Source of the DNA: Candidatus Methylomirabilia bacterium
Lineage (GTDB): Bacteria > Methylomirabilota > Methylomirabilia > Rokubacteriales > CSP1-6
DNA length: 47,672 nucleotides
Assembly: GCA_041492755.1 (NCBI GenBank)
Contig: JBGPXN010000011.1
Location: 1 to 47,672 of the forward strand
Reading direction: 5' to 3'
In this document: in pieces, positions 40,255-47,672 of the stretch
Position numbering within the stretch: position 1 is the first letter of the stretch
Layout: every line of letters starts with the position of its first letter
Position numbers and translations under genes: made by a program
The notes under the pieces: model-generated
What the model was told of the DNA's origin: nothing
The model's input: the letters and a program-made list of their open reading frames with translations, nothing else
The model's database searches: none

Positions 40255-40414
40255 GTCGGCCTCCCGCCGGCGCGTCGCTGGTGCCGGCGGCCCGATCATG
40301 GGCCCCGGCGACCGGGACCGTCAAGCGCGGGATCGTGTTCCCCCTTTCCCACTCGCGGCCGTCGTGATACCCGTGGAGCCTCGCAGCTCATCACACGGAG
40401 CCGGAGGAGCGTCG

Positions 40415-40717
40415 ATGATCGTCGACCGATACACCAAGACCGTGCTCACCCTCATCGCCCTGGCCCTCACCGTCATCGCGGTGCGCCCGTGGCTTCCGCC
40501 GGCGGGATGGCTCGAGGCCCTCGGGCCGGAGCGGGCGCTGGCGCAGACGCCGACACCGAAATACGAGGTGACGCTGCCGAAGGCGTGGGGCAAGTTCGTC
40601 GCTTACAGCAACAACAACCTGCTTCTGGAGGGCCCGGACCAGACCCTGAGGATCGTCGATGTCGAAGGCAAGGCGCCCGAGTACCCGAAGGTCAAGGTGC
40701 TCATCCGCTGGCAATAG
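40415..40717 (+). CDS. Small hypothetical membrane/exported protein (100 aa)
   Basis: RBS GGAGGAG; DRYTKTVLTLIALAL hydrophobic N-terminus; GC3-biased. Confidence 0.75.
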   Translation: MIVDRYTKTVLTLIALALTVIAVRPWLPPAGWLEALGPERALAQTPTPKYEVTLPKAWGKFVAYSNNNLLLEGPDQTLRIVDVEGKAPEYPKVKVLIRWQ

Positions 40718-40755
40718 GGGCGCACCGGGCCGACCGCCCGCGGGGAGGAAGTCGC

Positions 40756-40866
40756 GATCTCTTGATGCCGCCGATCGGCCTCCTCCTCGGACGCGTGAGC
40801 TTCACCGATTTCTTCGTGAGCCTCGACGGGCGCGCGTATCCGACGCTGGCGGCGGCGCAGGCTGGG
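40756..40866 (+). pseudogene. mscL: Internal fragment of the mechanosensitive channel mscL
   Basis: DLLMPPIGLLLGRVSFTDFFVSLDGRAYPTLAAAQAG matches the end of TM1 and the periplasmic loop; no N- or C-terminal parts. Confidence 0.75.
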
Positions 40867-40913
40867 CACGAGGGGTGCACGGTGGCATAATGCGGCGGCA
40901 TCGGGAGGAATCC

Positions 40914-41966
40914 ATGGCCAAGAAACTGCTCTTCATCGGCGCTGGCGCCATCGGCAGCTACCTCGGCTCGTTCCTGACGCGGGCTGGCCACGACGTCACC
41001 CTGGTCGATCCCTGGGCCGAGAACGTCGACACGATCAACCAGCGCGGGATCAAGGTGACCGGGCCTCACGATCCCTTCGAGGCCCGGCCCAAGGCCGTGC
41101 ACCTCAACGACGCCCAGCGATTGCCGCGCGACTTCGACATCGCCTTCGTGGCCATGAAGGTCTTCGACACCGCGTGGGCGGCCCAGCTCGCCCTGCGGCA
41201 TCTCCGGCCCGAGGGCTTCGTGGTGTCGTCGCAGAACTGCTGGCCGGATCCCACCATCGCCGCCATGGCCGGCGCGGACCGGTCGGTCGGGCTCATCATG
41301 TCCAAGATCGGCGTGGCCCTCTGGAAGCCGGGCGAAGTCGAGCGCGGGATGGAAAAGGGCGGCTCGAAGGGGCACGACGTGTTCCGCGCCGGCGAGCACG
41401 ACGGACGGATCACGCCCCGCACCAAGGAGCTGGCCGAGATGCTCTCGGTCATCGACGGCGCGCTGGCCACGGAAAATCTCTGGGGCGAGCGCTGGTCCAA
41501 GCTCTGCGCCAACGCCATGGGGAATCCGGTCCAGGGCATGTCCGGCCTCGGGTCCGGCGAGATTGCGTCCAGCGAGGTGGGCCGCGCCATCACGATCCAC
41601 ATCGGCGCCGAATCCGCCCGCGTGGGCCTTGCCCAGGGATTCAAGATCCCCAAGTTCAACGGCGCCGCCGTCGAGCAGTGGGCCGACGCCGGGCGCAAGG
41701 AGACCTGGGACGCCCTGGACACCATGCTGACGCCCACGTCCACGAGCACGCGCAACTGGCGGGCGTCGATGGGGCAAGACGTGACGAAGGGCCGGCCGAC
41801 CGAGATCGACTACATGAACGGCCACGTGATCGCCAAGGGTCGTGAGAAGGGCGTGCCGACGCCGGTGTCGGCGGCCGTGGTGGACGTGATGCACGAAGTC
41901 GAGCGTGGCCAGCGCAAGCCCGCGCCGCAGAACATCGGCGAGGTCTTGCGGCGCGCCGGAGTGTGA
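40914..41966 (+). CDS. Ketopantoate reductase family (PanE/ApbA-like)
   Basis: IGAGAIG, ERWSKL..N, SMGQDV.KGRPTEIDYMNG. Confidence 0.88.
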   Translation: MAKKLLFIGAGAIGSYLGSFLTRAGHDVTLVDPWAENVDTINQRGIKVTGPHDPFEARPKAVHLNDAQRLPRDFDIAFVAMKVFDTAWAAQLALRHLRPEGFVVSSQNCWPDPTIAAMAGADRSVGLIMSKIGVALWKPGEVERGMEKGGSKGHDVFRAGEHDGRITPRTKELAEMLSVIDGALATENLWGERWSKLCANAMGNPVQGMSGLGSGEIASSEVGRAITIHIGAESARVGLAQGFKIPKFNGAAVEQWADAGRKETWDALDTMLTPTSTSTRNWRASMGQDVTKGRPTEIDYMNGHVIAKGREKGVPTPVSAAVVDVMHEVERGQRKPAPQNIGEVLRRAGV

Positions 41967-41975
41967 GGAGACGAC

Positions 41976-43115
41976 ATGGTCTACACGCGGATTTCCGCCG
42001 ACTGTCACATCGACCTGCCCATGCTGCCGCCCGATCTCTTCACGTCGAGCGCCTCGGCGGCCATGAAGGATCGTATGCCGTTCGTCACCGACGGACCGGA
42101 TGGCCCGTTCTGGACGATGAAGAAGGGCGGCTCGTTCGGGCTGCTCGGCGGCGTCGGACCGGCTGGACAGAAGCTGGTGCCGGGCCAGAACTATCGCGTC
42201 GACGTCATGGCCACCACGGGCCTCTACGACGACGTCAAGAACGTCCGCCGGCCCACCGACCCCGCGCTCCGGGCCAAGGACATGGACCGTGACGGTGTGC
42301 AGGCCGAGGTGATCTTCGGCATCCTCGGCGCGGCGACCCGACTCGGCGACCACGAAGCGGCCATCGAGATGTTCCGCATCTACAACGACTGGCTGCTGAA
42401 CTTCTGCCGCCACGATCCGAACCGGTTCATCGGCCTCGCCTGCCTGCCGTACGGCGACATCGACGCCGCCATCAAGGAGGTCCACCGCGTGGCGAAGCTC
42501 GGCCTGCGCGGGCTCGAGCTGTCCTGCTCGTGGGACATGGAGCCCATGTGGCACCCGGTCTGGGAGCCGCTGTGGCAGGCGGTGAACGAGGTGGAGCTGC
42601 CGCTGCACTTCCACACGTTCCCGGCGGTGCCCCTGAACAAGATCGACGCGCAGACGGGCCTCACCCGGCGCGCCGCGTTCTTCACGGCCGTGTCGAGCTT
42701 CCAGATGAACCTGATCAACATCCTGGCCGCGATCATCGGCCGCGCCGTGCTCGAGCGATACCCGAAGCTGCGGATCTCCTTTGGCGAGAGCGGCATCGGC
42801 TGGGTACCCTACGCGCTCGACCGCATGGACTTCGAGTGGGAGGACCGGTTCCGTGACCTCGGCCTCACCATGAAGCCGAGCGACTACTGGCGCCGGCAGT
42901 GCAAGGCCACCTTCCAGTTCGACCGCATCGGCACCAAGCTGATCGACGAGATGGGCGTCGAGACCCTGATGTGGGGCTCGGACTACCCACACGCCGACGG
43001 CGTGTGGCCCGAGTCGTCGAAGTACATCGAGGAGCAGTTCGGCCACCTGCCGGCCGACGTGACCCACAAGATCGTCTGCGAGAACGCCGGGCGCTTCTAC
43101 GGCCTGATCCGCTGA
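41976..43115 (+). CDS. Amidohydrolase_2 family protein
   Basis: ISADCH, DMDRDGV.AEVIF, YNDWL, PLHFH, ESGIGW, WGSDYPHAD. Confidence 0.9.
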   Translation: MVYTRISADCHIDLPMLPPDLFTSSASAAMKDRMPFVTDGPDGPFWTMKKGGSFGLLGGVGPAGQKLVPGQNYRVDVMATTGLYDDVKNVRRPTDPALRAKDMDRDGVQAEVIFGILGAATRLGDHEAAIEMFRIYNDWLLNFCRHDPNRFIGLACLPYGDIDAAIKEVHRVAKLGLRGLELSCSWDMEPMWHPVWEPLWQAVNEVELPLHFHTFPAVPLNKIDAQTGLTRRAAFFTAVSSFQMNLINILAAIIGRAVLERYPKLRISFGESGIGWVPYALDRMDFEWEDRFRDLGLTMKPSDYWRRQCKATFQFDRIGTKLIDEMGVETLMWGSDYPHADGVWPESSKYIEEQFGHLPADVTHKIVCENAGRFYGLIR

Positions 43116-43125
43116 GCGCGGGACC

Positions 43126-43431
43126 ATGGCGGCCTACCTCGTCGTCGAGGCCTACCTTGTCGTCGAGGTGGACGTGCATGACCCGGCGGTGTTCGAGGAC
43201 GACCGCCGCCAGGGCCCGGCGATCATCGAGAAGTACGGTGGCCGCTATCGCGTGCGTGGCGGCAAGACCGAGTCACTCGAGGGCGACTAGCACCCCAAGC
43301 GTGACGTCGTCCTCGAGTTCCCCAGCGTCGGGCGAGCGAAGCGATTCTCCGACGCGCCCGACTACGCTCCGCTCAAGGCGCTTCGGTTCAAGGCCGCGCG
43401 CCCGAAGCTGATCGTCGCCGAAGGCGTGTAG
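43126..43431 (+). pseudogene. DUF1330-like protein, decayed
   Basis: MAAYLVVE..., KYGGRY.VRGG, LEGD*(TAG 43288-43290 at the conserved Trp), VVLEFPS; near-perfect 18-bp tandem duplication (AYLVVE twice). Confidence 0.85.
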
Positions 43432-43659
43432 CCCCCCCGGCTCACCGCGTCATCGTCCTCTCCTCAATCGAGCGAGCGTGGCTGGGTTAGAGACCCTGTA
43501 GGTGTCGTGTTTCGTCACCGTGAACCGATCGTTCACACGTGTGCCGACCGCGAGGACATGCTGCCACGTTCCTGACACTCAGTGGTAGCACCGCGACGAT
43601 CCGAAGGCTCGTAACGCCCGTAACTATACAAACTTGCGGGTCGTGACATTTCGAAGCTC

Positions 43660-43674
43660 TGGCACGCAATTCGC
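43660..43674 (+). promoter_or_regulatory. Sigma54-type (-24/-12) promoter candidate
   Basis: TGGCACG-CAAT-TCGC, one mismatch to TGGCACG-N4-TTGC; palindrome GTGAAC-N5-GTTCAC at 43520-43536 upstream. Confidence 0.5.
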
Positions 43675-43904
43675 GTGCTCGTACCGCCCCATGAGCCTGC
43701 TCGAACGGCAGATCGCGCCGTCCCACGGCACCGGACGGCAGTTCCCACTGCGCCTCGCTGACCGCACGCCGCGCGCCGCGTGACCCCGCGATCCCCGCCC
43801 GCTTCACGCCGTTCGCGCGCCGGAGACGTCAGGCACCGTCCTCGGCGCACCGCCCGGAATCGCACGACGAGATTTGCACTCGCTTCGGGGGCAAGGAGGA
43901 GCAC

Positions 43905-45251
43905 ATGACAAGAACAAAGCTGGTGGTGATGGCAGCATCCATCCTGCTGGTGGGGAGTGTGGTCGGCGTTCTTCACGCGGACTTCCACGCGGCGGATCCC
44001 GGCGTGCGGGGTGGTCCGGCAGGCGCCGGCGGTCCGCTGCCAGGCCTGAGCGCGGGCGAAAACAAGCTGTTCCTGGCCGGGCAGGCGGACTTCAACGAGA
44101 CCGAGGGGATCGCCGACGGGCTCGGCCCGCGTTTCAACCTCGACAGCTGCCTCGGTTGTCACGCGCAGCCGGCGAGCGGCGGAACGAGCCCCGCTCACAA
44201 TCCTCAGTTCGACATACCCGCGACGTTCACGGGCAACGCCGTTCCCTTTTTCGTGACGCCTAACGGTCCGGTGCGCGAGGCGCGCTTCAAGTTCAAGCCC
44301 GACGGGACGCCGGACGGAGGCGTGCACGCGCTCTTCGTGATCAGCGGGCATCCGGACGCCGCCGGCTGCCACCTCACGCAGGAGAACTTCCTCGCGCAGT
44401 TCCACAACAGCAACCTCGTCTTCCGCATTCCCACGCCGACCTTCGGAGCGGGGCTGATCGAGGCGATTCCCGAGGGCACGATCACGGGCAACCTCGCGGC
44501 CAATGCGGGTCTGAAGGCTGTGCTCGGCGTCTCCGGGCGTCCAAACCGCAGCGGCAACGACGGGACCATCACCCGCTTCGGCTGGAAGGCCCAGAACAAG
44601 TCGCTCCTGATTTTCTCCGGCGAGGCCTACAACGTCGAGATGGGCATCAGCAACGAAGCGTTCCAGCAGGAGCGTGACGAAACGGTGAACTGTCAGTTCG
44701 CGACGGTGCCGAACAGCGTCACGACCACCGACCCGGACGCGCCCGCCACGCGCGCGGACACGCTCAGCTCCATCGAGAAGTTCGCGTTCTTCATGCGGTT
44801 CCTCGCGCCGCCGACACCGCAGGCACCGTCCGGCGCAACGGCCGACTCGATCGCGCACGGCGGCGTGATCTTCCGGAGCATCGGCTGCGCGCTCTGCCAC
44901 ACGCCGACCCTGACGACCGGCGACTCGCCGATCGCAGCGCTCAATCACAAGCAAGCGAGCTTGTTCTCCGATCTCGCATTGCACAACATGGGTCCCGGCC
45001 TCGCCGACGAGGTGAGCCAGGGCGGCGCGGGTGCCGACGAGTTCCGCACGGCGCCGCTCTGGGGTCTCGGGCAGCGCATTCACTTCCTCCACGATGGTCG
45101 CACCAGCGATCTACTCCAGGCGATCCGGGCCCACAAGAGCGCAGGGAACGGTAAGTTCCGCGGCTCGGAGGCCTACGCTGTGATCAACATCTTCAACGCG
45201 TTGCCCGAGGCCCAGAAGCAGGACGTCCTGAACTTCCTCCGGTCGTTGTAG
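43905..45251 (+). CDS. Exported di-heme oxidoreductase family protein (DHOR/DUF1111-like)
   Basis: Signal peptide; GLGPRFNLDSCLGCH and IGCALCH heme motifs; RFGWKA, FSDLALH.MG, FRTAPLWG, LHDGR. Confidence 0.88.
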   Translation: MTRTKLVVMAASILLVGSVVGVLHADFHAADPGVRGGPAGAGGPLPGLSAGENKLFLAGQADFNETEGIADGLGPRFNLDSCLGCHAQPASGGTSPAHNPQFDIPATFTGNAVPFFVTPNGPVREARFKFKPDGTPDGGVHALFVISGHPDAAGCHLTQENFLAQFHNSNLVFRIPTPTFGAGLIEAIPEGTITGNLAANAGLKAVLGVSGRPNRSGNDGTITRFGWKAQNKSLLIFSGEAYNVEMGISNEAFQQERDETVNCQFATVPNSVTTTDPDAPATRADTLSSIEKFAFFMRFLAPPTPQAPSGATADSIAHGGVIFRSIGCALCHTPTLTTGDSPIAALNHKQASLFSDLALHNMGPGLADEVSQGGAGADEFRTAPLWGLGQRIHFLHDGRTSDLLQAIRAHKSAGNGKFRGSEAYAVINIFNALPEAQKQDVLNFLRSL

Positions 45252-45310
45252 CTCCCACCAGTAGCCGGGCGCGGCGAGCTCGCAGCCGCCCGCCCGACTA
45301 CGTTCGACCG

Positions 45311-45781
45311 CTACGGTAGCGGGATGCCGCGACGGGCGAGCTCGGCGTCGAGATTCAGCGGACGAGTCCCGACCGAGGTGCCGTTCAAAACGGTCCAGAA
45401 GATCTCGAACTCGAGGCCGTCGGGGTCCTTGGCGTAGAGGGACAGGCTGACGCCGTGGTCGGAGGAGCCCACGAGCGCGCCGGCGTCGATCAGGCGGCGG
45501 CGCGCCCGCACGAGGTCGGTGATGTCGCCGACTTCCCAGGCGGAGTGGTACATGCGCGCCACGCGCTCGTTGGGGGCCGCCACGCCCGTCTGCTCGAACA
45601 GGCCGAGGTTGTGGTCGTCGCCGCTCCCGGGGATCTTCAGGAACGCCGCACCCGGAAACCGCCGCTGCACTTCGAAGCCCACCACGTCGCAGTAGAAGCG
45701 CGTGCTGCGCTCGACGTCCGAGACCCAGAGCACCAGGTGCTGCAGCCGACGCAACCCGAGGGCGTTGGTGACGACGCTCAT
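45311..45781 (-). CDS. VOC/glyoxalase family protein
   Basis: LQHLVL.VSDVERS..FY, YHSAW, SDHG...SLY.KDPDGLEFE. Confidence 0.9.
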   Translation of the reverse strand: MSVVTNALGLRRLQHLVLWVSDVERSTRFYCDVVGFEVQRRFPGAAFLKIPGSGDDHNLGLFEQTGVAAPNERVARMYHSAWEVGDITDLVRARRRLIDAGALVGSSDHGVSLSLYAKDPDGLEFEIFWTVLNGTSVGTRPLNLDAELARRGIPLP

Positions 45782-46122
45782 CGTCGCGTTCCGGACGGTT
45801 CCTCGACGCTGACCGTGATGGCGACGCAGGCGATCAGCGTGTCGGAGCCCGGCACCCGCAGGCCGCCGGCGACGGGGCGAACGGTCACTTCACCGTGCGG
45901 CAGCTCCTTCCGCACCCGCTCGACGTCGACCTTGGTGGGATCGGGCACGCCGACGGTGACGTCGACCAGCATCTTGCCGCCGCGCTCACGGACGTCGCGG
46001 AAGAACGGAAGGCTCGAGTGGCGGATTGCGTCCGAGACCGCCCGGCAGGCGGCCGTGGTCGCGTCCTCACCGTGCACGTCCACGCCCATCCCGTACTCGA
46101 ACACGTAGGGCTTCGCGCTCAT
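45778..46122 (-). CDS. Lin0512-family protein
   Basis: EYGMGVDVHGEDAT.AA.RAV.DAIRHSS, VGVPDP..VD, LPHG, GGL. Confidence 0.85.
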   Translation of the reverse strand: MSAKPYVFEYGMGVDVHGEDATTAACRAVSDAIRHSSLPFFRDVRERGGKMLVDVTVGVPDPTKVDVERVRKELPHGEVTVRPVAGGLRVPGSDTLIACVAITVSVEEPSGTRR

Positions 46123-46263
46123 CGGCCGTTTCCTTTCTCGCGCAGCCACGGGTGGTCCTGCGTCTTGTGGGTCCAGAGATGTCGGGTCGTGTCGGCGCCA
46201 GTCATGGTCGCTCCCCCGGCAAGAGTATAATCCCGGCGGACGAAGGGCCGGGGAGCCAGCGAC

Positions 46264-47502
46264 GTGCCGAAGGTCAACGAGCACTATGCCAATCTGAAGG
46301 CGAGCTATCTGTTCGCCGAGATCAAGCGCCGGACGCAGGCGTTCCGCGACGCGCACCCCGAGGCCCGGCTCATCAACCTCGGCATCGGTGACGTCACCCA
46401 GCCGCTGCCGCCGGTGGTGATCCAGGCCATCCACGACGCCGCCGACGAGATGGCGCGTCGCCAGACCTTCAAGGGCTACGGCCCCTACATGGGCTACGAC
46501 TTTCTCCTCGCGGACATCGCCGCCCACGACTACGCCACCCGGGGCGTCACGTTGAAGACGGACGAGATCTTCGTCAGCGACGGGGGCAAGAGCGACAGCG
46601 CGAATCTTCAAGAGATTTTCGCCCAGGACTGTACGGTCGCGCTGATGGACCCGGTCTACCCGGTCTACGCCGACAGCAACGTGATGGCCGGGCGCTCGGG
46701 TCCCGCCGATGACACCGGCCGCTACCCGGGCTTCGTGTACCTGCCCTGCACCGTCGACAACGACTTTCAGCCGGCACTGCCCGACCGGCGCGTGGACCTC
46801 ATCTACCTCTGCTACCCGAACAACCCCACCGGCGCCGTGATGACCCGGCCGGCGCTGCGGCGCTGGGTCGACTACGCGCGCGCCCACGACGCCACGATCC
46901 TGTACGACGCCGCCTACGAGGCCTACATCCGCGATGCCGACGTCCCGCACTCGATCTACGAGATCGACGGCGCGCGCGAGGTGGCCATCGAGTCGCGCAG
47001 CTTCTCCAAGAACGCGGGGTTCACCGGGATGCGGCTGGCGTACACGGTCGTCCCCCACGAGGCGCGGGGACGCACCGCCGCGGGCGAGACGATCAGCCTG
47101 AACCAGATGTGGCTCCGGCGCCTGTCGACCAAGTCGAACGGCCCGCCCTACATCATCCAGAAAGCCGCCGCGGCGACCTACACGCCCGACGGCCAGAAGC
47201 AGGTGCGCGCGCTCATCGACTTCTACATGGACAACGCGCGGATCATCCATGACGGCTTGTCCGCCGCCGGCCTGCGCGTGCATGGCGGCCGGAACGCGCC
47301 GTACCTCTGGGTGCGCACGCCGACCGGCGTGTCGTCGTGGGCGTTCTTCGACACACTGCTCAACGAGGCGCACGTCGTCGGCATGCCGGGTTCCGGCTTC
47401 GGACCGAGCGGCGAGGGCTACTTCCGTCTCACCGCCTTCGGCGCCCGCGAAGACGCCGAGCAGGCCGTCGACCGGATCAAGACGCGTGTGCGCCTCGGCT
47501 AG
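46264..47502 (+). CDS. dapL: LL-diaminopimelate aminotransferase
   Basis: SYLFAEI, LGIGDVTQPL, FVSDGGKSD, CYPNNPTG, YDAAYEAYI, SFSKNAGFTG.R, PGSGFG..GEGYFRLTAF. Confidence 0.95.
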   Translation: MPKVNEHYANLKASYLFAEIKRRTQAFRDAHPEARLINLGIGDVTQPLPPVVIQAIHDAADEMARRQTFKGYGPYMGYDFLLADIAAHDYATRGVTLKTDEIFVSDGGKSDSANLQEIFAQDCTVALMDPVYPVYADSNVMAGRSGPADDTGRYPGFVYLPCTVDNDFQPALPDRRVDLIYLCYPNNPTGAVMTRPALRRWVDYARAHDATILYDAAYEAYIRDADVPHSIYEIDGAREVAIESRSFSKNAGFTGMRLAYTVVPHEARGRTAAGETISLNQMWLRRLSTKSNGPPYIIQKAAAATYTPDGQKQVRALIDFYMDNARIIHDGLSAAGLRVHGGRNAPYLWVRTPTGVSSWAFFDTLLNEAHVVGMPGSGFGPSGEGYFRLTAFGAREDAEQAVDRIKTRVRLG

Positions 47503-47672
47503 CCCGCGGCTAGCCCGGCGGTTAGCCCGGACTATTCGGCGAACGCTCAACGCGTTCGCCGACCGGGGGGGGGGGGGGCGGGCGGTGGGGTGGGGGGGGG
47601 GGGGGCAGCGCCCACCGCGGGCCGGAGCAACCACCCCCGGGGCGCAAACAAACACCGGGGGGGTCGGGGCGC

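Noticed and set aside
30628..43127. Many long overlapping ORFs (for example 30628-32979, 36548-38608, 40701-43127)
   Set aside because: Arg/Ala/Pro-rich shadow frames of real genes, expected at this GC content
43288..43290. In-frame TAG as possible pyrrolysine recoding
   Set aside because: It replaces a conserved Trp (TGG to TAG) in a gene with other decay marks; no pyl genes are in view
47555..47672. Long poly-G runs resembling a G-quadruplex or low-complexity element, and the 625-aa minus ORF starting there
   Set aside because: Contig end with homopolymer G typical of low-quality read tails; only the last 114 codons of that ORF (Lin0512 family) look real

Overview
High-GC bacterial chromosome segment. 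Gene content and style suggest Ca. Rokubacteria/Methylomirabilota, which is inference only. The window appears to span the replication terminus, with a 28-bp XerC/XerD dif-like site at 26365-26392. The left half is mostly housekeeping: fused lptF-lptG, valS-birA-coaX, guaB-guaA-dnaE (with a LAGLIDADG intein)-accA, a SorC/CggR-type regulator divergent from an unusual FBP aldolase/phosphatase, and miaB-DUF151-GT4-paaK-paaA-like. Five bp from the XerC arm of dif sits a 2330-bp IS1595-family element (23-bp imperfect IRs, 7/8 target duplication). Its transposase has decayed, but it carries an intact, translationally coupled three-gene cassette: stand-alone polymorphic-toxin-like nuclease, Cys-rich immunity-like protein with an extra tail, and a DUF6941-like protein. 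This is the best candidate for an undescribed toxin-antitoxin/defence system. The right half is accessory metabolism with several decayed genes, a probable OsmC-family selenoprotein (in-frame UGA plus SECIS-like hairpin), a sigma54-type promoter before a di-heme protein, and dapL. Three copies of a modular palindromic intergenic repeat are present. No rRNA, tRNA or CRISPR was seen. All family assignments come from motif recognition by eye, not from database searches.
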